Shown: one piece after another, positions 39,240 through 51,100 of the stretch
Layout of the letters: each line of letters opens with the position of its first letter
Numbering within the stretch: position 1 is the first letter of the stretch
NCBI RefSeq assembly: GCF_036321535.1
Contig: NC_087441.1
Location: forward strand, 29,698,001-29,762,000
DNA: 64,000 bases
From: Camelus dromedarius
Taxonomy: Eukaryota
Direction: 5' to 3'
Notes under the pieces: generated by a model
Databases searched by the model: none
What the model saw: only the letters and a program-made list of their open reading frames with translations
What the model was told of the DNA's origin: nothing
Translations under genes and position numbers: made by a program

Positions 39240-41134
39240 TTTAATTATTCCATGCTATAACTCACTTGCTTTCTCTCTCTCCCCCCACCCCCTACCTTTT
39301 TTTTTTTAAACTATGGATGGTATGAAGGGAGTAAAAATTTCATCTGCCCAGCAGAAAAGAAAAGCAGACTTAACAATTAGACTGTTGGAATGAGTTGAGT
39401 TCATTTGATGGAGTTTGTGTTCACGTTGAGCTGATTTCAAGCAGGATGTCTGAGCACTGCTCCACGGCGCCGGCAATGGGCTTGGCAAGGAGACCGTTCA
39501 ATGTTCGTTCCAGAATCTGTTGATTGGAGGTTAATTACTGGGTGTAGGCTGTTAGGAAAATCACTAATTAGGATACAGTGGGATTAAAACAAACAAAAGA
39601 TACAACTTTTTCTGTGAAATGAAATGAATAAAAGGAAATGCTTAAATTTTAAAACAGAAGGTATAAAGAACTGAGAGAGGACAGCCAGTCCCCAGAGCTC
39701 GGAAGTCACCAGAGCAAAGCACACCATCCTCAGTAGGGGTGACTGAGCCTTCCCCTCGGTCGTGGGCTGATAGGGCGGGAGTTCTTTGAAGGCTGTTGGC
39801 ATTCCTCCCTCCGATGTACATGTTCTGAGACATTTTGCAGTATCTTTTCTTGGATTTTAGAGGTTCCAACAGGGTAAGGGTATTTCAGTGTTCGAATTCT
39901 CGTTTTTAGCTAAAACTGTATCTTAATGCTTTCCCCCCTCATTTCCACTCATTGAAATAAATGAATCTAATTTTTTTTTTTAAGACAGGGACATCAGGCA
40001 CTTTGGCATCCCAGTTTCTGAATACTCTGTTTTTGTCTCCCATAGAATTTAATCTCCTCATTCTAACATTCACATTTTCTGCCAAAACTTCTCCCGTTTT
40101 AATACAGAAACACGTGTATTTAATATGTCTCTGCTCTGTTTCAGGCCCTCTGCTAGATGTTGGAAGGGGTATAAAAATATTTTAAAGTGTCTTCCCTCAG
40201 GGTTTGTAAACTGGGTGAAGAGATGAGCCCATGCAGTTAACAGATGGTGATGAAATAAAAGAGGCTTGTTGGTAATTCTGGGCTTTCAGTGAGCCAGCAT
40301 GAACTTCCCTCTCAACCACGCTCTGAATGAAATAATACTATTACTTCTGTTTTAATGATAAGAAAAATCAAGACTTTGCAGAGTCATGTTTCATACGTCG
40401 TAGAGCTGAATTCTAAATCTGTGGTTTCTGTCTTCAGAGGAAGTCCCTTAACCCATCTTCATACTGGCTAGAGGCCATCACGGATGTGGGGGCCATTGGT
40501 GCAGAGTCTGGGAGTAGATGGAATGTGGGGGGATTAAGTCCTGGGGCGACTGGAATTTCTTAGAGTCTTTGCTCCCTAAAAGGTCTGTCCTCTTCAACAA
40601 AGTCAGTCCACGTCCTCTCTACTCCCTGCCCTAACTGAGTAGATACCATCGCTTGCCATTCTTCCCACCCAGGGTGACTTCCCATCCTCTCCAAGAGTGT
40701 GTACCTGATGATCTGTCCAGACTTCAGATAGAAACAGCTTTTCCTGGCTAGGCCTGGCTTGAATTTACACAGTGTTTACTTGCAGGACTCAAGTGCTCAA
40801 TTTAGCCTGTACTTTTGGTCCTCTACTTGCAGACAGTACAAGATGTGGCCATGGAGTTGAATGATACATTCAATCGTGACTTTAATATTTAGGTTAGAGT
40901 AGGACCATAATAGGCATATTATGATAGAAAGCACCAGATTTGTGAAAAGTGCCCTTTGCATGTTTGGATCTTCTGCTTGTGAAGCTTTTATTCAGCATTT
41001 GCTGTCCCCTAAAGTATCCCCTCCATCTCCTTCCTCCCTTCTCCCGATCCTGCTCTACCCAGAGGGAAGTCTGGTAAACTTCTCTGTCCATTTGCCTTTT
41101 TGCCCTGCTCCAAACCCCAGCCCTTCCCCTCATG

Positions 41135-41345
41135 CTTGGGGATGCTGGAAGCAGATGATCTGGATCCAACTACCAGCTTTTCATGTTTCATCTTAGGCAA
41201 GTTTTTATAATCTCTATAAATCTCAAGTTCCTCATTTGTAAAAGTAGACCACATTAGGATGGACCTACGTTACAGCCTCATGATAATTAACTGGGAACAT
41301 GACCATGAAGCACATAGCACTATCTGTCTGGGCATCTAGTAAGTG
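41135..41345 (+). mobile_element. MIR SINE fragment
   Basis: tcttaggcaagtttttataatctctataaatctcaagttcctcatttgtaaaagt...gcacatagcactatctg. Confidence 0.6.
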
Positions 41346-42920
41346 AAATTCTAAACAAATGTTTGTGTGAGTCTTTTCTTCCACGACTTTCCCCTCTTTC
41401 TCCCATTTGCACTCCACCTGCGTAGGGACAGTGGGAAACCCTACATCCCCCCACCTTTATTCTCCCCTGTTTTCTCTACTGAAGCCAAGGACACACGAAT
41501 GATATAAAACAAATGTGCAATAAATTACATTCATTCACCAGTCTTTGATAAAGGCTGTTGCCTTTTCTTTAAGCTAGCATTATGTGAAAGCTTGTATATA
41601 TCAGGAGATCCAGTCTAGATTTCTTTAAAGTGGAAAAGGACATAGATACTGGAGAAGCAATCTGAGAACAGCATCTGATTAGATTTTTTTCTAGTCTCCC
41701 CAAAACATTCTGTTTGGTTCTCATATATTTCCTAGAAATAATGACCCTCTTTATACTCATAGTTCATTGGGTTATGCACTATGTTAAAAGTAAAAGTATA
41801 ATTATTAAGTTCTTTAATTTCAAAAATAAACACACCAGTTTGGAAACCAAGTGAGTTGTTCTCTGGGTTAGGATGCAGCTCAGCAGGGCACATCTTAAGC
41901 GTAAGGGCACCCATAGCCCTGAGTGTTCAGTGTGCCACGGACGGCAGAGTAGACGGAGTTGGATAACCAGTGAGCCATGAAATAGTTTGGTTCGGAAAGC
42001 TTCTGCTGTACCACATTTCTCTAACGGTTTGGACAAAAGTCAGACCTGGTTTGCTCTTCTCAGTTCCAGGGAGTGTGTCTTCAGAGTCTTCTGTCCGTGG
42101 TTCCCCCACCTTTCCATGCATTGGAGTCCACAAGAGAGCACTTAAAAGGCAGATTTGGGGGCTTAATCTAGACATATTAAGCCAGAGTTTCTAGAGCACT
42201 GGATCTGATTTTTAGCAGGCTTCCCAGGTAGTTTGTATACAGAGATCTTTGTAAACCACTGAATGTTACCAATTTTTATTGTTTAAACTTAATGTTCTAA
42301 AGAGTTTATTCTTTGAAGACTGTAAACCTGTACAATGCATCCTACTTGTAAAGTCTTCATACTGAGTATCTGCTTCTATTTTGAGTGTATGTGCCTCCTG
42401 CATCTGGATGGTCAGCACAGGGAGGGTTATGAACCATGTCCTCCTCTTTGTATTCATCTATTCGATTCAATTCAATTCATCATACTATTAGAGTTGTCAG
42501 CACAGTAAACCTGTGACAAATACCTATGGAATAAATGCACTGTGACAACTAAGGGGAAAACCTTTCTTGTAGTTTTATGAGGACTTTTGGCCCCTATGCA
42601 AAATAGATGACCATATTAATAATTGTATTGGCAGCTAAAATGTTGTCACTTTTTTTTTTTAACTTCACAAATTTAGATAATGATTTTTTTATTTCACCTT
42701 CAGATGTATGATTCCATTTGTTTATTTTAATTTACAGGTGTGACATTTTTATTACCTATTCAGCACATTTAACAGATGGGAAAATACAAACGTGTAGATA
42801 ATTACAGTATGTCTAAGTCATGAATTCTCCATACAAGCTAGAATTCCCCAAGCACATTAAAGTGATTTACTTGCAAGCTGTCTGATGATACAACTAATCA
42901 GTCTGTTTTGTCCCTGTTAG

Positions 42921-42982
42921 TGGGGTTGCCCAGACTCTCAAGAACGGGGAAGTTTTTTTGTATGAAATTGGAGGAAATATTG
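42921..42982 (+). CDS. ARHGAP18: ARHGAP18 exon 14 orthologue, 62 nt, phase 2 to 1: (S)GVAQTLKNGEVFLYEIGGNI
   Basis: Acceptor ttttgtccctgttag ends at 42920, donor gtaagc at 42983. Matches human GVAQTLKKGEVFLYEIGGNI. Confidence 0.95.
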
Positions 42983-44137
42983 GTAAGCACCCATTCATTT
43001 TTTCAATCTTTTTTCAATCTTTGTATTCCATATGCTGATTTGACATTGCCAATGGTTATTATTTACATCTTCGGGAGAGAAAAGAAAATCAGAATAAAAA
43101 TGCAGCATGTTGTAGATAGCTGATAAATGTTGTGGATTTGCTTAGTGGTCTGACCCGTCTGTGTAGGCTCTTGTAGGGCTTTTTCTGTACAAATGCCTGT
43201 CTATTTGGAACCTGAGTAGAGGCAAGTTCCCTAAAATTGGAATAACTTCTAAAATGGTTAATGAAGTTTTTCAAAGCTGTTTCTTTACGCTGATGTCATA
43301 TCTTAATAAAGAAAGTAATTGAGTTTATTTAAGACCCAGATGACGCTTGTATTATGGTACAGAACTAGATATTTTTAGTGACAGCACAAGTCGTTTTTGC
43401 CATTGTTGACTGCCTGCACACATACATAGACATACTGGTTACTTACAAAATAGAAGTCGGAAAATTGACTTAGTTTTGACCATGTCTCATGTTTTATTTG
43501 CCCATCTGTAATTATCAATGCATCATACCCATCTCCTTGTTAAAATTTAAAATAAGTTTTTTCTCTTTTTTTGACCCTTAAAACGGTGAGTGAAACTGTC
43601 AACAAATAAATTAAATGGTGTTTCTTTCAAAATAGTAATTTAAAATATTTTAAGACAAGTTTTGTAGAGTTTTTTTCTAGGACTGAAGAATTTTAGTAAA
43701 TATTGAAAGTTGAAGACAGGCATGTAAAGTTTCCTTCTAAAATTTTAAATAAACCACAACTCCATTCGAAATCTGGGTTGTTAACTCTACTAATAAGGAT
43801 GAAGTATTAATACATTTGATTTTGCATTTTGCTATTAGATATTGGGAATTAAGCCTGATTTCTTACTTAGGTCCATTCAAAACTGTTGCCACTCTTAATA
43901 AAGGTGAATAAGCATTTAAGGAACCATTTAACAAAACAGTTAATTTGAAACCTGTGCATTTAGCAAAGAACTGTCTAATTGACTTATCCAATATTTGGCC
44001 AAGTCTTATAATAGTATAGGAGACAAGAAAGAATGAGAACTATTTCAAAGGCTTCAGAGTTAAACCATTAGGCTTCAGTTTAAAACCGCATCCCTACCTC
44101 CTCACTGTATTAAACTGACTCAACATCTCTTTAATAG

Positions 44138-44229
44138 GGGAACGCTGCCTTGATGAGGACACTTACATGAAGGACTTGTATCAGCTCAACCCAAATGCTG
44201 AGTGGGTTATAAAGTCAAAGCCATCGTAG
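44138..44229 (+). CDS. ARHGAP18: ARHGAP18 terminal coding exon (exon 15 orthologue): GERCLDEDTYMKDLYQLNPNAEWVIKSKPS-stop (TAG 44227-44229)
   Basis: Acceptor ctctttaatag ends at 44137. Matches the human C-terminus GERCLDDDTYMKDLYQLNPNAEWVIKSKPL. Confidence 0.96.
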
Positions 44230-44731
44230 AAGACTTGAGCCACCAGTGACCACAAGGACTTCCTTAGTAATGCTTGCTGGGTCAAGGGTGTAGATAAAAG
44301 AGACGGGCAGGACTCTTGTGTGTTATTCTGACACACCCAGCTATTGAATAGTGACACTCTCAAGCCTTAAAATGTTATAGATTTGTGCTGCTGCCAGATT
44401 ATGTCAATTATTATTGTTAATATTATTATTGGAAAGCAAATATCTCTGGAGTGAGAAGAAAGGGGCTTACCTAGCTTGTAGGCTAATTTTATGTACCCTG
44501 TGAAATATGTCCAGCTGTGATACCATTTTTCTTTAATATGAAAATAATACTCTCTTCCCTCTTACTTTTTTTCTCCTAAAATGATACATCCAGTAGTAGG
44601 TGCTTTTTCACCTTTCTCTCCTCCTGACATCTGCCTTCCCCCATTTAGATTTGCTTTTCAACCAAAAAGGTAGCAAACACCAGGTATGGCAAGTTGTGAA
44701 GACAGTACAGCTTAAAACAGACTGAATTCAG

Positions 44732-44738
44732 CAGTATT
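44732..44738 (+). promoter_or_regulatory. miR-200b/c/429 7mer-m8 seed match (CAGTATT) in the 3' UTR
   Basis: Exact complement of seed AAUACUG. Human ARHGAP18 has been reported as a miR-200b target; function in this species is not shown. Confidence 0.4.
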
Positions 44739-46397
44739 CCTGGCACTCTTGAATGTTAATATTCATCTCTTTGAATCACTGGTTCAGACAATGGCTTCCC
44801 GCTTCTCCCTGCCGTGTCACGTGAAGTGATTTGCATTTCTTTTTTCAGTTCTTCTGACCTAGGTGCACGGAACTGTATCCACTACCAAGAAAACAGAACT
44901 GTCAGAAACTGCCAATTATTAATCCACCACTTAAGACTTACATAGTCAGAATAAATAAAATGTATCCGTGTGGCATAACTGGATTATGGATAACAAGAGA
45001 GTGAAAGCCAGATCACGTCACGTGTTCTGCACCCTTCTAAATGAAATACAGAGTCACAGCTGGCTTTACCTACCGTCGTATTAGCATAAATATGCGTGAA
45101 AGTATGATCCAGTAATTGTCGAGAATGCATTCTACTGAAAGAGGGTTTTTTTCTACTCATAAATATGTCAGCAGGAAGAGTTATTCTTCTGGGTATGACA
45201 CAGTCATATGAACAAGCTTTTGTTTGTGTACTTATAATAATCAGAGCAAATTCATTAAAATGCTGTGGAAGTTCCCATTTTCAGGGATTTTAATGCACAC
45301 ACCATATTGTGACAAGTGATGAGCCTCTGTACTGTAAATAAGAGGGATGAAGTGAGGGAGAGTCTGTTCAATATTTTATGAGTTTAGAGTGTAGTAAATA
45401 AAAGGTGATGTAAATGAATGTTGCACAAACTGTGTTTATGATACTTTTAGTAGGACTTTAGGAAAAATTGCACACTTTCAGAAGCTCTTGCAGTCACTCT
45501 AATGAGGAGGGAAATGCTGCTAATGAGAACGGTTGCAAATTTTGGGCATATAATTACAAGAGCAGCCTGTGGATATGATCACTTAAGTAACTGGTGATTT
45601 GTGCCATTGCTTTTTTATTTAAAAATTTTTTATAATTAAATGCATTTTTCTAAATGATCTTCTCGGAATTACTGCTTTTAATCCTATCCATTCACAAGTG
45701 TAATAATGGCCTATTTTGAGTTTTCCTGCTCCTGTTGCTCCTGTGTAGTTTTTTAAAGTGGGAAGACGTGTGGGAGATAGAAACTTGTTTCCTTTCTTAG
45801 CTTTTTTCTTTATGCAGATTTCTATTGTTTAGAATTTTTCAAAGCACACTGTATTCTGTTTCTGATTCCAACAATGTACATTCATTCCCCAGTTAGCAAA
45901 ATGTTTTAGTAATGGTTTAATGTAATGAAAAACAATTAAAAATATAAAACCAATATCAAGTGCTTAAAACATTTAGGAGCACACAACTTAAAAAAGGCAG
46001 GAGTGAGTACAATGACTTAGATAAATGGCTTCCTAAAGCCCGTGTCAACTCGTTGTCACCGTTTACTACTCGTGGACTCATGGCGGGAAGGGGGGATACA
46101 AGAAGCTTTTAATAATGAAGAAGTACTAGATCTTGGTGAATAAATATGAAAATGCCATTTTATTTTGAGTCATCCTTAGAGCACGTGATCCATATTCATT
46201 GATATTGAACAATATTGCATTTAATTAACTAAGAAAAATGTCTCTGTGTACTTCTAAAGAGGAGAAACTTTATATTGTACAGCCTCAAATGTGAATGCCT
46301 TGGCATTTACCAAAATGCTTTTTTTGTAATTTTTTTTTTTCTAGTGAATTTTAAGTCTCAGGGTAGATTAGTTTTGATTTGTTTGTATGTGAGGGAA

Positions 46398-46403
46398 AAT
46401 AAA
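46398..46403 (+). terminator. Candidate distal polyadenylation signal AATAAA of ARHGAP18
   Basis: AATAAA followed about 15-30 nt later by the T/G-rich tttgctttgagtct. It gives a UTR length similar to my recollection of the human transcript. Confidence 0.5.
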
Positions 46404-46684
46404 AACAACAAATATATTTGCTTTGAGTCTCAAACATCCTAATTCTTAAGTTGCTGGTGAAAAGTAGACAGCTAGTGATTGGTTGCCCTGCTAATATTTT
46501 GGAGATGCTTCCTGTTTTGTAAATGGAGTCATTGTGATTCTTTACAATTGCACAATACTTGCTGACTGCTGCTGTAGAATTCAGTGTAACTCCTTGCTAG
46601 CACTCTTTAGGAAAAGTGGTTTATTTTCCTGACTTTCTGGGATGTTTCATTTCCTACTTTTCAGGTTAGACTGGACTGTACTTT

Positions 46685-46734
46685 CTACTTCATCGTCCTG
46701 ATTTCTCAACTACTTCATCGTCCTGATTTCTCAA
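46685..46734 (+). repeat. Perfect 25-bp tandem duplication (ctacttcatcgtcctgatttctcaa x2)
   Basis: Seen directly at 46685-46709 and 46710-46734. Confidence 0.97.
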
Positions 46735-46738
46735 AGAC

Positions 46739-46757
46739 TGGTCAGTAGGTGGCACTA
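46739..46757 (+). promoter_or_regulatory. Candidate CTCF binding site TGGTCAGTAGGTGGCACTA
   Basis: 14/15 match to the core CCASYAGRKGGCRSY. Confidence 0.5.
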
Positions 46758-47273
46758 TTGGTCAGGAATTCCTTTGCAGCTAAGTGAGGCGAAGTTTTGA
46801 AAGTGAACCTGCGTTGGTGGCGTGTGGCTGAGACTCAGTGCCAGGTATCCGCAAGACAGGTAAGCCAGCCTGGAGCTCTCACTTGGGTCACTGATTCTGA
46901 GAATTGTAAATAATTAATTTCAGAGTTTCTATGTTCAATCTGTTAGTCTGCTTTTATCCTTAACTTGTTGAGTGGAGAGGGCAGGAGGCGAGGAGGTTTT
47001 TCCGAGCCCAAATTAAGTGCTTTGACAATGTCTGTTTCAAGCAGAAGGAACACAGTGAGAGGAAGACAGTGAAGTGGAAAATTAAAACGAAGGATGTGTG
47101 AGAGTTCATAATGACCTCTGTCTTTAATGTGGACGTGTTTGCTTCTTCCTCCCACAGATACTTACTGGGGACCTATGTGCGTACACCGGGCATGGTCTGT
47201 CCTGGAGACCCTGGAGTTCTCACAGAGCTCACTTTCCAGCGAGGAGAGACAAATAAACAAAACAAGAAAAGTG

Positions 47274-47600
47274 CAGTCAGCCCTCCACATCCAGAGGTTC
47301 CGTGGATCAAAGATATTTGGAAAAAAAGAATCCAGAAAGTTCCAAAAAGCAAAACTTGAATTTGCTATACCCTAGCTACTATTTACATCGCATTTACACT
47401 GTATTTACTGTGCTTACATAGCACTTACAGTATCGTAGGTCTTATAAGTCATCCAGAGCCGGTTTCAGGTATGCTGGAGGACTGTGCATAGGCTGCATGC
47501 AAATATTGTACCATTTTACAGAAGGGACCTGAGCACCCATGGACCTTGGCGTCTGCTGGGATCCTGGAAACAATCCTCAGCCGATGCCGAGGGATGAGTG
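47274..47600 (+). mobile_element. Tigger3-like (TcMar) MITE
   Basis: Termini cagtcagccctcc / gagggatgagtg followed by TA, about 327 bp, with internal tatttacatagc-type motifs. Confidence 0.8.
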
Positions 47601-48123
47601 TATACAGTGTGGTGAAAGGATGTAAGTACAATGGAGACAAAAAAATGATGAGCAGGGTAAAGGCAACAAAGAATGGAGAGATAGGCTCATTCCATTAGTA
47701 AATGGGGGGTCTCACTGAACATCTAAGAGCCAAGCAAGGACTTGAAGAAAGCTGGGAACTTGCCACACGGATATCTGGAAGAAGAGCCCTCCAGACAGGG
47801 AACAGCCAGAACCAAGTGCCAAAGGCACACATGTGCCTGGCTCCCCAGAGGGCAGCAAGGAGACCGTCATGGCCAGAGTGTCATAAAAGCCCGTGAAAGT
47901 AGTGGGCGAGTCAGAGAGGTGACGCTGGGGTGGGCATGGGAGGAGGCCATGGAGGGCCTTGCGTTAGGATGACCATAATTTATTCAGATCAGAACATTCT
48001 TGAGTGAAATGGGGCTGCTGGTGAGGAAGCAGCTGTGGAGTGGTAAGAAGTGATCAGATTCTGGGTGTATTTTTGAAGGTAGCACCTACAGAGTTCTAAT
48101 AGGAGAAAAGAGAATGCATTTTT

Positions 48124-48176
48124 TTTAATTGAGTTATAGTCAGTTTACAATGTTGTGTCAATTTCTGGTGTACAGT
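48124..48176 (-). mobile_element. 53-bp severely 5'-truncated young LINE-1 3' end
   Basis: tttaattgagttatagtcagtttacaatgttgtgtcaatttctggtgtacagt, flanked by the perfect 14-bp TSD gagaatgcattttt (48110-48123, 48177-48190). Confidence 0.85.
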
Positions 48177-51100
48177 GAGAATGCATTTTTAATCGAGAAT
48201 AACCACATGATTTTTGACGTGAGCAACTGGAAGGATGGAGTTTCCAACAGCAGAAATAGGGAAGGAGAAGGTTAAGTCAGGTATTCTGAGGGAGAAGGGG
48301 TTCAGGAGTTCATTGTGGATGTGTTGAATTTGAGGTGCCTACTGGACATCCAAGTAGGCAGTGATCTGTGCAGACGTTCAGGAGAGAGGTCTAGGCTGGA
48401 GTTACTGGCTCGTAAGTGGACTTTAACTGGGAGCTTGCATGAGATCACCAAGGCAATGAATGTGCATATAGTAGACAGAGTCACCAAGAGCTGAGCCTTG
48501 GAGCTACCCAATGGAGCTTACCTCTGATGAAGTGAGAAAAAGGAGAAGGAACCAGGAAAAAGGTTGAGAGGAAGCAACCATCGAGATAACCAAGAGATGG
48601 TGATGTGCCAGCAGCCAAGTGAAGAAAGGTTATTGAGGGAAGGGAGTGATTGTGATGTCAGATGCTCCTGAGGGCGCAAATGAGCCAAACGCTCAGAATG
48701 GACCCCTGGGTTTATCTGCGGGGAGGTCATTGCTGACCGTGCTGAGCAGTTTGGGTAAAGTGACAGGGATGAAAGACCGATTAAAGCAGGGTTAAGACAG
48801 AGTGGGAGAACTGAAGACTGACTATGGCCAACTCTTTTACAAGGAGTTCTGTTACACAAGGAAGCAGATGAGATTCTAGCAAGCAGAAGATGTAGGACGT
48901 GTAGGGAGGGCCTCGAACGTGGGGCTACATAGTTTGGGACTTTATGCCGTTAAATAGTTTTAAGAGGTGACATGAGTACTGGAGCCAGCTGACCTGGGTT
49001 AATTGATGTGACCAAAGACAAGTCCTTACTTAGCCCTCATTTTCTACTTTGTATAATGAGAATAAAAGGTATATTTACTTCTTAGACACTTACTAGAATT
49101 AGTCAATCCATATGAAAGGGTTCAGCAGCGTGGCTGCCTAATAGTATTCAAAAATTTTGTATTTTTATTCGTGATACTGTGATCAATATGATCAGCTAGC
49201 AGTCTCATTCCGGGTTATTGGTTCCAATGCCGTGGTGGTTTTCCACCTGGAAAGCAGTGGTGGTTACTCTTCCTCAGGTATATATGGCGCTGCAGAGGAC
49301 ACATAAATAATTCTGGAACATCCTCTCTCCGGCTTTAAATCTGATCTGTTTCATTTAAGGTAAGCAGACTGACCTGAGGGAGCGCTCTCTCCCCATATCT
49401 CAGACCAGGAGGCCCAGGAAGAAAACACACACCCAGTTTATCTCCCGTATTTGGTAACTTTTTCACGCCGGGGATGGTCCAGGGACTTTCAGTGGGTGTT
49501 AGCTGCTCCTGCAGACAAAGGTCCCACTTCATTGTCTGGGTTTTTCTGGGTCTTTGATTTCTCAGTTTTCATATGTAATAAACAGCAATAATAATTTCCC
49601 CTCCATTTCAATTGGCCTCAATCTTAGAATTTGGACTTGGCATCCTTTTTTTTTCCCCCCACTTCTGACCTGAAGTATTGCATGGGGGAACTTGGTTCTG
49701 CTAGAAAGCGTTTCACATGAAACGTGAGCACCCACCTCTATCCATATAATCATTCCTTAAACGCCTTGAGATGTCTTTGAAAGGTTCCACGAGTTATTTT
49801 CACATAGAGCTGCGTACAGTATAGGAGAAGCAGATCGGTTACAAGAAAAGCTGCTTCTGTGGTATTTCCAACTAAAGCCAATATGCACTGGCTTTGTCAC
49901 AAGCAAGCTTTTTATCTTGACATTTCAAGTCTTGATTTCTCAACCAAGAGAGCTCAGATAAGCTTCAGAGAAAGCAGGCCCACTCTCTTCTGTCTTCACT
50001 CCTCTTTTGATGTTCGCCCCTCAGTGCACCGAGGCAGCTCAGTTCTGTCTCTTGTTGCATCTCCTATAACCTGTACAAAATGACGGCTTTCATGTAATCT
50101 CTGTCTTAAGTCACATTCCTCTCCAGCCAGGGCCAACATGAACAAGGAATTTCCCATAGAGGGAAGTTCATAAGGAGAGTCACCGAGTGTGGCCCAATTC
50201 TGAGCAATCAGTTAAAACTTTTCTTTCTCTCACCTGATAGAAGCCTTGCCACAAAGAAAAAAAAGGAAGTGATTTCATCATTACTGGTGCCTTTAAAACA
50301 TTCATTTCAATGGGAGACATCCTGGGGCATCTTAGCCTGGGTTGCTTGTATCACCCAGTTTGAGTTCGACAATTCTGAGAATTCTACTGAGAGTAAGAAG
50401 AATTAACTGTTGAGGGATTGTTCATCACCTTTTGTCTGGGAATCTTGAAACACGTTCTAGGACATGTTTCATTCATCATCATTCTTCATGTTAAGGAGAG
50501 GAAGGAAATTCATATACTTTATTGTTAAGAAATGATTAGACATTACTGGATGATGCCTTAAAGCATACTATGAGTTTATTAGATGTTATTATGATAAGAA
50601 ATACTTTAAAGTTCCACAAAAAAACATGGCTATCTAGTTGTTCCTCTTTCTTCTTTTTCTTTCCAGACATTGTAGTGCTTGCTCTTCTACATTGTGGTTT
50701 ATGCTGTGGTGATGTGAAAATCAATCCTATGATGCATTTCCACAGGAGATTAGATTTAGATTTGTGGGTAGCATTGATACAGGCTGGTGATAGGGAATGG
50801 AGTCTCAGCAAATGGATCTCTGATTTGAGGGAGGCAGAAATGCGTGCAACTAACAATGTATCTTATTTATGGGTAAAATATCCTGGGAGCATAGAGAAAG
50901 GACACCATTAATTGGGTAATTGTTAGTGGAGGCAGTGGTATTTAAGCTGGAAGCTCAGATGGGATACCACGGACTAGACCAGGTTTGGAAGGCTGAGATT
51001 CAGAATTAAGCCTATGGCAATGAAAATGAGTGAGAATGGGTTATATTGATGCTGCAGAGTTGGGTCAAGAGGGCTTGATGATTCCACTGGATGGAGAGGA

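Larger units (their letters stand above)
44230..46425 (+). other. ARHGAP18: ARHGAP18 3' UTR (end approximate)
   Basis: Repeat-poor AT-rich sequence after the stop. AATAAA hexamers at 44950-44959 (two overlapping), 45397-45402 and 46398-46403, the last followed by T/GT-rich sequence. Confidence 0.65.
47150..48870 (-). mobile_element. L2 LINE interrupted by a Tigger3-like MITE and a short L1
   Basis: Antisense L2 3' motif tacttactggggacctatgtgcgtacaccgggcat and body motifs tgaatttgaggtgcctactggacatccaagt and tgatgtgccagcagccaagtgaagaaagg. Confidence 0.75.

Noticed and set aside
38768-39309. ORFs containing long X runs (also 57379-57701)
   Set aside because: Artefacts of translating N gaps.
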